Notes: a model not told the origin generated them from the letters alone. Positions 39,771-49,966 are shown, counted from the stretch's first letter. The stretch: 64,000 nucleotides of DNA from Nostoc sp. JL33 (GCF_017114985.1 NZ_JABXKP010000038.1:12357-76356), one strand, 5' to 3'. Numbers and translations are program-made.

Positions 39771-40070
39771 GCGCATTGGTGAAAGCCACATTCTCCTCAC
39801 CGAATTTTAGATTTTAAATTTTGGATTTTGGATTCTTGGGCGTTGCCTAAGAAGAGAAGATTCTTGCATCCAAAATTTAAAATTAAATGACTTGCCCCTG
39901 ACTTGATTGCTCTTTTTAATTCTTCAATTCTTCAATCCAAAATCCTTGCATTGTTTGACACCAGAACTCTCAAGGTAGATAGACCCTCAAACCGATTTTT
40001 TGCAAACGGCTAAAACTGATTAACAGATTCTTTCCTTGGAAAAAATCCGTTGATCAGTTTTTCTTACACT

Positions 40071-40104
40071 ACCCCGCCCTGCTGACACTGAGAGCGGGGT
40101 TTTT
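40071..40104 (+). terminator. Putative intrinsic terminator downstream of aroG
   Basis: ACCCCGC...GCGGGGT stem followed by a T-run; flanked by two further hairpins (about 40012-40061 and 40104-40139). Confidence 0.5.
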
Positions 40105-40165
40105 AGCTGGATTTCTCAGTTGTGAAAAATCCGGGCTAGAAGGGTAGTGATTGCAGCGTCTGTAA

Positions 40166-40280
40166 TAGACCTCTTGTAAAAATCCCTAACACCCCAACCC
40201 CTCCTCGCTTGCTCTTAGGGGAGACAAAGCGTAGCTTTGGCGGGGTGGGGTTCTTATTTTTTATTTATACAAGAGGTCTA
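40166..40280. mobile_element. MITE-like element, TIR TAGACCTCTTGTA
   Basis: Perfect 13-bp TIR at 40166-40178 and 40268-40280. Confidence 0.75.
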
Positions 40281-40355
40281 ATGAATTTTATTACTTTGGA
40301 TGTTTTTGGATTAAATAATCTGAATTTTCATACCTTTTCAAACACCCTCTAAAGA

Positions 40356-40503
40356 TTTGACAAATTTATCAAAAGATTATTCATTGCAATATAATTCTTA
40401 ATTAAAATATAACCTTATTACACACTATTGAGTCAAATGTTCTATCTTCTCCTTTAAAAATATCTAATATTTTGATAGATTTATCAAAACATTTTTCATT
40501 GTC
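40356..40503 (+). promoter_or_regulatory. Fifth and sixth copies of the scyA-type 33-bp motif
   Basis: TTTGACA-AATTT-ATCAAAAGATTATTCATTGCA (40356-40388); TTTGATA-GATTT-ATCAAAACATTTTTCATTGTC (40471-40503). Confidence 0.7.
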
Positions 40504-40717
40504 CTTAGAAGTGAAATAGCATAAATTAGAGATGTAAGTAGCATTAACTAACAATTGATTATCTTCACTTGATAAGGTAATCAATTAAACTTAGAGCTAC
40601 TAACTAGTTGTGCTAACAAAAAAACAACATAAAAGTCATAATCAAGACTTAATTTGTCTGTTTTATGTTGCTATGCTAGCAAGATTTTTATTCTAAGAAC
40701 TAGGAGGATTAGTCCTG

Positions 40718-41401
40718 ATGGCAGATTTAAATAATAGTGGTACCGGGAACTCTTCTAGTGCCGCCGACAAGTTGAGAGATTCACCCTTCGGTCGCTTAAA
40801 TGAAGTTCTGAGTGATAAAGAACTCTCCAATATATTCAGTGGTACCGGTAATAAAGAAGGTAGCGGTAATCCATTTGGTGCTAGTGGCACTGGCACTGGT
40901 AGTGGCACTGGCACTGGTAGTGGTAGTAAGCCTGATTTAGCCTATGGTGGTAATCCTTTCGCCGGTGACAACTTTTGGAATATCTTTGCAGGCGGTGTAA
41001 ATCCATCCGCAGGCGGTGCTAACCAGGGTACTGGCAAAGACCCTTTGACTGGTGCTGGCAGCCAGGGCAGTAGTATTAGCACAACTAAAATACCAGACGG
41101 ATTGGGTTTGAGAGTTACTATTGATAACCTAGTTAACTCCAGGCTTAAAGAGGCACAGGGTGGCGGCGGCATCCCCTCATCTGGAAGTGGCGGCATCCCC
41201 TCATTTGGAAGTGGCGGCATCCCCTCATTTGGAAGTGGCGGCACCCCGTCATCTGGAAGTGGCGGTATCCCGTCATTTGGTGGTGACGGCATCACATCAT
41301 TTGGAAGCGGGGGCATCCCATCATCTGGAAGTGGCGGCATCCCCTCATTTGGTGGTGGCAACATCCCCTCATTTGGTGGTGGCGGCATCCCGTCCACTTA
41401 G
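40718..41401 (+). CDS. Gly/Ser-rich repeat protein, unknown function
   Basis: GGAGG RBS; ten 8-aa GGIPS(F/S)G(S/G) repeats (24-bp unit, about 41165-41398). Confidence 0.75.
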   Translation: MADLNNSGTGNSSSAADKLRDSPFGRLNEVLSDKELSNIFSGTGNKEGSGNPFGASGTGTGSGTGTGSGSKPDLAYGGNPFAGDNFWNIFAGGVNPSAGGANQGTGKDPLTGAGSQGSSISTTKIPDGLGLRVTIDNLVNSRLKEAQGGGGIPSSGSGGIPSFGSGGIPSFGSGGTPSSGSGGIPSFGGDGITSFGSGGIPSSGSGGIPSFGGGNIPSFGGGGIPST

Positions 41402-41646
41402 TAGCTAGAATCATTAGAATCTTTGGAACAATAATGAGTCTTTCAGTACATACATACTATGCTAGTTGACTATGTTATGCACTGAAACTCTTTATTAGTA
41501 AAAACTTTAGGCGAGATTTTCTGTCAGGTTGACAGTGAAGATGATTAAAGCTTTTATTTAGATAGAAAGATTTTGGGTTCAGCAAATTCATACCTGGCAT
41601 AACGGGTACTGAAAACCCCAAAATTTTTTAACTAAAAATAGGAGAA

Positions 41647-42933
41647 TTGGTACTAATGGAAGCATCTGCTGTCAATCCGATTAATGGTGAGGTTAACACT
41701 TTTAGTGCCACTGGCGATCGCAACCTGTATAGCGGTAGTTCCTTTGCTACCAATGGCAGTTTATATCCTGAAGGCAGCTTGTTGACAGGTGGTAGCAATC
41801 TCTTTGCAGGTAACAATCCCATTCCAGGTGGCGGTATCAACGCCTTTGCTGGCGATGGTGGCAGTAAGCTTCAGCAATTAATCTTTGATCGCTTGAAGTT
41901 AGTTCTGGGTGAAAATTTTTTCCAGCGCACTGACAACACATTAGCAGGTGGAAATAACCCATTTCTAAACGGTGGCAATCTCATTGCAGGTGGCAGTACC
42001 AACCCCTTTGCTGGCAACAGTAATCCTATAGCAGGTGCTGGAAGTCTGCTTCAACAATCGCCTTTCGATCCGTTGAGAGAAGTCCTTGGTAATAATATAC
42101 CTTTTGGTAACAGTGGCAATACGTCTAATGCTGCTATTAGTAGCCCACCCTTTAATCAGGGCAAGGCACCCGTTGGTAATAGCAACAGGAACTTTGGTAG
42201 TAACAACGCAACCATTGGTAATTTTAACTCGGATTATGGCAGCAACAGCGCAACCATTGGCAATGGGAACTGGAACTTTAATCAGGACAACGCAACTATT
42301 GGTAATGGCAACTGGCTATTTGCAAGTGATAACACAACCCTTGGTAACGGTAATTGGTATTGGGACAAGGGAAATAATAATGCAACATTAGGTAATGGTA
42401 ATTGGAACTTCAGGAGTAACAACGCAACCATTGGAAATGGCAATTGGGACTTCGGTAAGAACAACACAATTATTGGTAATGGTAACTGGGTTTTTACAAA
42501 TGGAAATACAATCATTGGTAATGCCAATTGGCTAGCGGATAGTGACAACATAACCATTGGAAACATCAATAACCCCAGCATTTTAGGGTTATTTCCGCAA
42601 GGAATCAAGACTAATGTTAACAATCTGATTGACTCCCTTATAGGTAAAATAGGTCAAGATTTTGTTGGGTTAACAGGAGATTTTGATCTATCAAGTAGCC
42701 AGACATTTAACCGACTCATTTCTTCTAAAAGTGCTGGTATTAATGACACTAATTATCTTAAGGATATTGGGCAACTTTTGGCATCACTCAGCAAAATTCA
42801 AGGGAATGTGATTAATTATCAGCCTGTGCAAAACCCTCAGCCTGTTCCAGAACCTGCTTCTTCAGTGCCTCTGGTAGTAATGGGACTTGTATGTTTGCTG
42901 TTATCAGTCTTCAAAAAACAACAACGCTGTTAA
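41647..42933 (+). CDS. PEP-CTERM protein with nine 14-aa NATIGNGNW repeats
   Basis: AGGAG RBS before TTG 41647 / ATG 41656; C-terminal VPEP+TM+KKQQR. Confidence 0.85.
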   Translation: MVLMEASAVNPINGEVNTFSATGDRNLYSGSSFATNGSLYPEGSLLTGGSNLFAGNNPIPGGGINAFAGDGGSKLQQLIFDRLKLVLGENFFQRTDNTLAGGNNPFLNGGNLIAGGSTNPFAGNSNPIAGAGSLLQQSPFDPLREVLGNNIPFGNSGNTSNAAISSPPFNQGKAPVGNSNRNFGSNNATIGNFNSDYGSNSATIGNGNWNFNQDNATIGNGNWLFASDNTTLGNGNWYWDKGNNNATLGNGNWNFRSNNATIGNGNWDFGKNNTIIGNGNWVFTNGNTIIGNANWLADSDNITIGNINNPSILGLFPQGIKTNVNNLIDSLIGKIGQDFVGLTGDFDLSSSQTFNRLISSKSAGINDTNYLKDIGQLLASLSKIQGNVINYQPVQNPQPVPEPASSVPLVVMGLVCLLLSVFKKQQRC

Positions 42934-43192
42934 GGTAAATTTAATTCTTAAAAGCTAGTAGAAAAGGTTTTAGAGGATGGCTCGTACTTGTCGTGGATTG
43001 CTCCAGACCGCAAATCCAAAAACACTAAATTTCACCATATTGCATCTAGGGCTATTTCATTCTATACATAAACCGCCCAGAACTAAAGTTCTAGGCTATA
43101 CGGCAGTGAAACCCAACATGAACAAAGATCAATGTTGGGTTCCCCTGCGGGATCACTTGGCTTTTACCTTTCCGCTTTTGCTGTGATGTCTC

Positions 43193-44020
43193 TTAACCGA
43201 AACGTCCACTGATATAATCCTCAGCTTCTTTGGTTTGAGGAGAACTGAACATTTTAGCTGTAGGATTAAACTCTACTAATTTTCCGCGACGTTTGCCATG
43301 CTCGTCAATTTCTGTATTGAAGAAAGCCGTGAAATCTGCGACTCTGGAAGCTTGCTGCATATTGTGAGTCACCATGATGATGGTGTATTGTTGCTTGAGT
43401 TCCAAACAGAGTTCTTCTACTTGGCGGCTAGAAATTGGGTCAAGAGCAGAACATGGTTCATCCATCAATAATACATCTGGCTTCATCGCGATCGCTCTTG
43501 CTATGCAAAGCCGTTGTTGTTGTCCGCCAGATAATGCAGTACCCTTCTCTTTAAGTTTATCCTTGACTTCATCCCAGATAGCAGCGCGTCTGAGGGAATC
43601 TTCCACCAATTCATCAATGTTACCTTTGTAACCGTTAGCACGCGGGCCAAAGGAAATGTTTTCGTATATTGACTTAGGGAAAGGATTCGGTCTTTGAAAA
43701 ACCATTCCGACTTGGCGGCGTAATTTTACAGAATTGATCTTAGGATCGTAAATGTTGCGATCGCGGTAATTAAGTCTACCCTCAACCTTAGCACCAGGGA
43801 TTAAATCATTCATCCGGTTGAAGCAACGCAGTAACGTACTTTTACCACATCCTGAAGGCCCAATAAAAGCAATAATTTGTTTATCAGGAATCTTTAGGTA
43901 GACATCCAAAAGTGCCAGAAATCCCCCATAGTAGACCTTCACACCTTCAACATTAAATACGCCCTTGTCTTGGTCTATTGTGGCACTATCTGATTGACTT
44001 ATACTATTGCTATGAGTCAT
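43193..44020 (-). CDS. pstB: Phosphate ABC ATPase
   Basis: [38 protein letters not shown]. Confidence 0.96.
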   Translation of the reverse strand: MTHSNSISQSDSATIDQDKGVFNVEGVKVYYGGFLALLDVYLKIPDKQIIAFIGPSGCGKSTLLRCFNRMNDLIPGAKVEGRLNYRDRNIYDPKINSVKLRRQVGMVFQRPNPFPKSIYENISFGPRANGYKGNIDELVEDSLRRAAIWDEVKDKLKEKGTALSGGQQQRLCIARAIAMKPDVLLMDEPCSALDPISSRQVEELCLELKQQYTIIMVTHNMQQASRVADFTAFFNTEIDEHGKRRGKLVEFNPTAKMFSSPQTKEAEDYISGRFG

Positions 44021-44071
44021 TTTGCGTATCTCCTAATCTCCGTGAATATATCCAATTAGATATTTAATTAC

Positions 44072-44971
44072 CTAAGTTATTGAGAAGCGCTGGCGAATAT
44101 AAATTGCTACACCATTTAAAACTAAAATCAACACTAACAACGCAATAATTGTCGCTGCTGCTGCACTAGCAAAACCCGGTTCAGGACGAGTAATGTAACT
44201 GTAAATTTGAATGGGTAATGCCATAAATCTCTGAAACAAACCAGGGTTAAAGGTGAGAAAACCCACAGCACCGACAACAATTAGAGAGGCTGCATCACCA
44301 ATAGCGCGGGATACAGAGATAATCACCCCCGTCAAAATACCAGGAACAGCATAGGGTATGACATGATTGCTGATAGTTCGCCATTTTGTGACACCTAATC
44401 CGTAAGAAGCATTTCTCAGGGAATCTGGCACAGCCCGAATTGCTTCTCTAGCCGTCACAATAATTACTGGTAAAGACAACAAAGATAAAGTAAATGCACC
44501 GGAAATTAAAGCGGGGCCAAATCCAAGCAAATAATTGAAAACTCCTAAACCTAGCAATCCATAGACAATAGAAGGTACTCCCGCCAAATTACTGATATTA
44601 ATCTCAATAATCGCTGTCCACCAGGCTTTAGGTGCATACTCTTCTAGATATAAAGCTGCTCCGACACCAATTGGGACAGTCACTAAAATTACAACAGCCC
44701 CTAAAAGAATACTGCTAATAATTGCAGGACGAATACCACCTTGGTCAGGAAAACGAGAAGGAGTTTCCGTCAGAAAGCCGGGTGACAAAAATCTGCCTAA
44801 TCCGTCTCGAAAAATATCAAAAAGTAGCAACGCTAGGATAAATAAACCAATCAGCAATCCTAACAAAAAAAGTCCTTCAAATACTTTCCCTAATGTCTCC
44901 CTACTCTCAACATTATCGTTAAATTCTGCCGCAGAATCTAGAGAATCATCTTGTTGATAACTTGTAGCCAT
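44072..44971 (-). CDS. pstA: Phosphate ABC permease
   Basis: NLAGVPSIVYG, REAIRAVP..LR.AS..LG. Confidence 0.93.
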   Translation of the reverse strand: MATSYQQDDSLDSAAEFNDNVESRETLGKVFEGLFLLGLLIGLFILALLLFDIFRDGLGRFLSPGFLTETPSRFPDQGGIRPAIISSILLGAVVILVTVPIGVGAALYLEEYAPKAWWTAIIEINISNLAGVPSIVYGLLGLGVFNYLLGFGPALISGAFTLSLLSLPVIIVTAREAIRAVPDSLRNASYGLGVTKWRTISNHVIPYAVPGILTGVIISVSRAIGDAASLIVVGAVGFLTFNPGLFQRFMALPIQIYSYITRPEPGFASAAAATIIALLVLILVLNGVAIYIRQRFSIT

Positions 44972-44977
44972 ATCTAT

Positions 44978-45925
44978 TTAGTCGTATTTTTCTTTAAAGC
45001 GATTAGCAATCCAGTAACTAACAATATTCAAAATTAGGGTAAGTAGAAACAGAACAGCGCCTACAGCATATAATGTCTTGAAATTCAGACTACCGCGTGG
45101 ACTATCTCCACCAGAAATTTGTGCCATGTAAGCTGTCATTGTTTCTACTGATTCCGCAAAATTAACAGTTAGTCTTGGTTGTTGTCCGGCGGCAATCAGG
45201 ACAGTCATTGTTTCACCCACAGCGCGAGAAATACCCAATATAATTGAAGCGATGATTCCCGAAAGCGCGGCTGGTAGAACTACTTTAAAAATGGTTTCCA
45301 GTTTAGTGATACCTAAAGCATAAGATCCTTCTCGCAAAGAGCGTGGAACTGCTCGAATAGCATCTAAGCTGATAGAACCAACAGTAGGAGTAATCATTAC
45401 CCCCATCATTAACCCCGCACTCAAAGCGTTGAATATTTCCAGAGGCAGAAAATTCCGCAGCAATGGTGTAAGGAACAACAGCGCAAAGTAACCATATACT
45501 ACTGTAGGTATTCCCGCTAAAAGTTCTACTGCTGGACGTAAAATTGCTGCTACTTTGGGTTGGGCATACTCACTTAAATAAATCGCAGAAGATAAACCTA
45601 AAGGAATAGCAACTGCCATTGCAATAGCTGTAGTTAAGAAAGTGCCATTAATCAATGGCCAAACACCAAAATGTCTATTGGCAAATAAAGGCGTCCATTT
45701 AGTATCAAGAAAGAATTGGGCAAAGGAAACTTCTTGGAAAAAACCGAATGTCTCCTGAAAGATAATTACGACAATACCAAAGGTAGTCAAAACAGAGACT
45801 AAAGCACAAGCAAATAAAATTACCGCAACAATCTTTTCAGATATATCTTCAGATGCATTTTTATCCAGTGACTGCCTGGATAGTAAATAAGGAGCGTCTT
45901 GAGAATTGGTATCTTGCATAAACAA
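44978..45925 (-). CDS. pstC: Phosphate ABC permease
   Basis: ELLAGIPTVVYG, SRAVGETM. Confidence 0.93.
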   Translation of the reverse strand: MFMQDTNSQDAPYLLSRQSLDKNASEDISEKIVAVILFACALVSVLTTFGIVVIIFQETFGFFQEVSFAQFFLDTKWTPLFANRHFGVWPLINGTFLTTAIAMAVAIPLGLSSAIYLSEYAQPKVAAILRPAVELLAGIPTVVYGYFALLFLTPLLRNFLPLEIFNALSAGLMMGVMITPTVGSISLDAIRAVPRSLREGSYALGITKLETIFKVVLPAALSGIIASIILGISRAVGETMTVLIAAGQQPRLTVNFAESVETMTAYMAQISGGDSPRGSLNFKTLYAVGAVLFLLTLILNIVSYWIANRFKEKYD

Positions 45926-45968
45926 TTAACTTATCACTAAAATTAGACTACAATGCCTGAGACTTAAT

Positions 45969-46970
45969 TTAAATAAAGTTTGTGATCGGTTCACCTGGTT
46001 TTGCTTTTTTAAATTTTGTCCCAGTTTCACCAGTAGCAAATTTTTGTTTGACTTTGATGTAAGCTTCATCAGGTAATGCTACATAACCAACACTATCTAC
46101 CCACTTCCAAGAATTTTCTAGATAAAAATCTACAAATTCTTTTACTGCTGGCTTAGTATCTAAAGATTTTTTACTGACATAGATGAATAGAGGACGAGAC
46201 AAAGGTGTATAGATATTTTTAATTACATTATCCACTGGAACTGGTTTTTCACACTTTCCTTCAAGGCTTTCTACAGCAACTAGATTCAGTTTATCTTGAT
46301 TTTGAATGTAGTAAGATATCCCAACATAACCCAAAGCTGATACATCACCTGATACTCCTTGTACGAGAAGGTTTTGATTCTGAGTGGCAGTGTAGTCTGT
46401 ACGGCCATTCTTGGCTTTACCAGTCACAGCTTGAGTCATATAATCGAATGTTCCCGTATCAGAAGATGGAGCATACAGCTTCAGCTTTTGGTTAGGAAAC
46501 TTGGGATTAACTTGATTCCATGCCAATATTTTGCCGTCTGCTTTCCCGCCCCAAATCGTACCCAGTTCCTTAATAGTTAGACATTTGGCAAAGTTATTTT
46601 GACGGTTGGCAATCACGGCGATGCCATCTAAAGCTATAGGCAACTCGACAAATTCAATATTTTTACTTTTACATTTTTTGATTTCTTCATCTCTAATCGT
46701 GCGAGAAGCACCAGCTATATCAAGATCGCCATTACAAAATTTACTGAAACCCCCACCAGTACCACTTGAGGCAACGCTTACTTTCGCTTCAGGTTTGACT
46801 TTACCGTATTCTTCTGCAACTGCTAAAGAAATAGGAAAACCTACAGCTGCACCATCAATGCTCACCTGGCTTTTCTTTTCCTCATTACTGCTACAAGCAG
46901 TGATACTGCTGGCAATAATCATTAAAAATGTCAGGAAAATACTATCCTTATATCTGCTACGAAAGCTCAT
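45969..46970 (-). CDS. pstS: PstS-family substrate-binding lipoprotein
   Basis: Lipobox ITAC, SGTGGGF.KFC, ASR.I, DTGTFDY, YTPLSRPLFIY. Confidence 0.9.
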   Translation of the reverse strand: MSFRSRYKDSIFLTFLMIIASSITACSSNEEKKSQVSIDGAAVGFPISLAVAEEYGKVKPEAKVSVASSGTGGGFSKFCNGDLDIAGASRTIRDEEIKKCKSKNIEFVELPIALDGIAVIANRQNNFAKCLTIKELGTIWGGKADGKILAWNQVNPKFPNQKLKLYAPSSDTGTFDYMTQAVTGKAKNGRTDYTATQNQNLLVQGVSGDVSALGYVGISYYIQNQDKLNLVAVESLEGKCEKPVPVDNVIKNIYTPLSRPLFIYVSKKSLDTKPAVKEFVDFYLENSWKWVDSVGYVALPDEAYIKVKQKFATGETGTKFKKAKPGEPITNFI

Positions 46971-47054
46971 AAATTATCAATTGAGATAAAGTTACTGTGA
47001 ATTGCTTATGTTTGGCTATCTGCAAGTAGAGAATGCTGTATTAAAAAATAGATA

Positions 47055-48221
47055 TCATGCTTTGTTTGCAGCTTGAACTTTGTCAAAAATTGCCCCATCT
47101 GCAAAAAACTTTTTCTGGATAATATCCCAACCACCTAAATCTTGAGATGTGAATAAAGTTTGAATTGGGGGATGTTGTGATGCTACTTCTTGGGTAACAG
47201 TGGGGTTAACAGGACGATATTGCAATTTTGCAAATTCCCGTTGAGCTTCTGTCGAGTAAAGAAAATCAACAAATGCTTGTGCAACTTCTCTTGTACCGTG
47301 CTTATCAACGTTTTTATCAACTACTGCTACAGGATTATCAATGGAAATATTGACTTGGGGTACAACATAAGGCAACTTCGTCCCATTTTTACCCGCCAAA
47401 ATCACCTCATTTTCGTAGTTGATTAACACATCTCCCTGACCTTTTTGGAAGAATAAATCGCTAGCTTCACGGGCATTTTTTGTCAGAATAGGAGTATTTT
47501 TATAAACTTTGGTGACATAATCTAATGCTGTGGCATCGTTACCTCCGGTTAGACTCACCGAACCCCAAAAAGCCAAGAATTCCCAGATAGCAATACCAGA
47601 AGTTTTTGGGTTAGCCGCAACCACTTTCACGCCATCTTTTGCCAAGTCTGCCCAGGTCTGAATGCCTTTCGGATTGCCTTCGCGCGTTACGATCGCAGCA
47701 ACCGATCTACTCACAATACCACTTCTCGGTGATTTTATTTCCCAACCTGATTTAATTAAACCTGCTTGCTGAATTTTGTTGACATCCAGGGGAAGTGCCA
47801 AATGTACTATATCTGCTTCTTGCGAACCTGCAATAACAGCAGCCGTTTGAGCACCAGAACCTCCATAGCTTTGCTCAAATGTAACGTTTTGGTTGTGTCC
47901 TTGCTTCCACATTTGGACAAATTTGGGGATTATCTGGTCATGAGCGGCTTTGGTGACAGAGAAAGAAACTAGTTTGAGATTAACATCATTTTTGCTAGCT
48001 GAAGTCTTTCCAGAGCAGGAGGCAACTGCTACACTCAAAAAAGTACCTATGAGAAACAGACTCACAAAACTTTGGAGAGTGTGTCTATTCAACCAACTCT
48101 TAATTGTGTGTTGATACGAGAGTTGTATAGTTTGCAAAGCTTTCATGACATAAGCCTGCATTTTCTCACTTAGTAATTTACCCAATTGTGTCAGTTGTTG
48201 CGACTTGCTCATCAGAATCAC
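47055..48221 (-). CDS. sbp: Sulfate/thiosulfate-binding protein (start uncertain)
   Basis: QSYGGSG.Q, NPKGI.TW.DL, NPKTSG.A, INYENE. Confidence 0.9.
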   Translation of the reverse strand: MILMSKSQQLTQLGKLLSEKMQAYVMKALQTIQLSYQHTIKSWLNRHTLQSFVSLFLIGTFLSVAVASCSGKTSASKNDVNLKLVSFSVTKAAHDQIIPKFVQMWKQGHNQNVTFEQSYGGSGAQTAAVIAGSQEADIVHLALPLDVNKIQQAGLIKSGWEIKSPRSGIVSRSVAAIVTREGNPKGIQTWADLAKDGVKVVAANPKTSGIAIWEFLAFWGSVSLTGGNDATALDYVTKVYKNTPILTKNAREASDLFFQKGQGDVLINYENEVILAGKNGTKLPYVVPQVNISIDNPVAVVDKNVDKHGTREVAQAFVDFLYSTEAQREFAKLQYRPVNPTVTQEVASQHPPIQTLFTSQDLGGWDIIQKKFFADGAIFDKVQAANKA

Positions 48222-48230
48222 CCCTAAATC

Positions 48231-48256
48231 TACGGTATTTCTAGACGGATACCGTA
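48231..48256. promoter_or_regulatory. Palindrome TACGGTAT-N10-ATACCGTA upstream of sbp
   Basis: Perfect 8-bp arms, 10 bp upstream of the first possible start. Confidence 0.45.
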
Positions 48257-48715
48257 ATTATAAGGATTATAGGATATATAGAATAATATTTATCATCTGG
48301 GTTAAATTTTTTTTACCTAGTGAGCAGTTGCTCGTCGAAAGTAGCAAATAAATCTGAATTTCTCAAGGCATTTGAAAAATACGGCTTTTTTATACTGTAA
48401 AGCGAAAAAATTCCGTAACATCAATACATATAGTTGCCAAAAAATATGTGATGAGTAATACGAAATAGTCAACTTAACGTTAAAAGGGCGATTAGAAACT
48501 GCACGCCAGTCGCCTCTCACGAGAGGGAGAAGTGGAGAACGGGGGAAATAGGCACAGCGCTGGCTGGTCTAGACGAGGCAATATCTTAGCCCACGGAGGT
48601 TTAGCTCGTGTTTGTATAGCCGCAAATTATATTGCCCTAGCTCTAAGTTGACACGTATGAGCTTTTTCTGTGCCCCTACCGTATATTGCATCCAATCGTA
48701 TAGGCAATATTGCAA

Positions 48716-49966
48716 CTACTTTACGCTTAAGAAAGAAAATTTCCCATTGACACCGTTTGCTTCCATCTTCAGTTGTGCAACGTAAAACTCTTTCTGAATG
48801 ACATCACCTACTGGTGTAAAAGCAATTTCACCAAGAGGAGTTTGATACTTTCCTTTGAGTAACTCCTGATTTAATTGTGTACGCAACTGTGGCAGCAGCA
48901 ATTTGTTAATTTTACTTTTTTTATCCAAAGATCGTAAAGCTTCTATATATACTTGTAAGGCAGTAAAAGCTTGAGCGCTTACTTGGGGTGGTTCTCTACG
49001 ATATTGTTCAACGTAGGCTTTACGAAATGCAGTGTTAATTTTACTGGGATATACAGGACTGTAAGCTTGAGCAATAATCACGCCATCACAAAACGCTCTG
49101 CACACAGAAAATATATGAGATGTGTTAAAACCATTGCCACCAATAATTATTCCTTTATAACCAAGTTCGCGTAGTTGTTTAACTAAATTACCTCCATCTA
49201 CAGCTAACCCGGATATAATCACTAAGTCTGGTTTTAAATTAATCGCACCGCTAGCTTGAGCTTGAAAGTCGGTATCTGTAGTTTGAAACTTTTGTACTGT
49301 TACCAAATTCAATCCTAAATCTTTAACTGTCTTCTGAAAAATTTCTGTTTCCGACTTATTAAAAGCATCATTTTGAGCATAGAATACAGCTACTCTTTTG
49401 ATTTGAGAATTTTGCTTGAGTGCAGCTTTCACCGAATAAGGAGCGACGATAGCAACAGATGAAGAAACACGAGCAACATAATCACCGATTTCGGGAATCC
49501 CTTTAGCAGTATTTGATGCTGCAATAACTGGAACTTGATTGTGTTCTGCTATGGGGTCAGCGCTAAAAGCTTGTTGTGACAGGGTAGGGCCAACAATCGC
49601 AACAACTTTATCTTTATTAATTAAAGTTTGAAAGGCATTAATAGCTCCAACTTCATCGCCGCCAGTATCTTGATATACTAATTTAATTGGTCTACCATTA
49701 ATACCACCTTGATCATTAAAATACTTTTCGGCAATTTTTACTCCATCAGTTCCCTCTTGACCAAGTAATGCTACATTGCTTGTTTGAGCAAAAGCGATAC
49801 CGATAGGAATAGCATTAACTGCACTTTTTGCTGTTCGATTATTTGCAGAATTTGCGCCAGTACTGCCACTTTGACTACAGCCTGTTAGGAGGATAGAGCA
49901 TATAAATAATAATGCCGTTTGATGAGCGATACCAACAAAGAGCCTAAGGGCGATCGCATTTTTCAT
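48716..49966 (-). CDS. Liv/NatB-like amino-acid ABC substrate-binding lipoprotein
   Basis: Lipobox LTGC, IPIGIAFAQTSNVALLGQEG, GPTLSQQAF. Confidence 0.88.
   Translation of the reverse strand: MKNAIALRLFVGIAHQTALLFICSILLTGCSQSGSTGANSANNRTAKSAVNAIPIGIAFAQTSNVALLGQEGTDGVKIAEKYFNDQGGINGRPIKLVYQDTGGDEVGAINAFQTLINKDKVVAIVGPTLSQQAFSADPIAEHNQVPVIAASNTAKGIPEIGDYVARVSSSVAIVAPYSVKAALKQNSQIKRVAVFYAQNDAFNKSETEIFQKTVKDLGLNLVTVQKFQTTDTDFQAQASGAINLKPDLVIISGLAVDGGNLVKQLRELGYKGIIIGGNGFNTSHIFSVCRAFCDGVIIAQAYSPVYPSKINTAFRKAYVEQYRREPPQVSAQAFTALQVYIEALRSLDKKSKINKLLLPQLRTQLNQELLKGKYQTPLGEIAFTPVGDVIQKEFYVAQLKMEANGVNGKFSFLSVK

Noticed and set aside
40942-41397. Pro-rich 151-aa minus-strand ORF
   Set aside because: Antisense shadow of the 24-bp repeats; the plus-strand ORF has the RBS and the upstream motifs.
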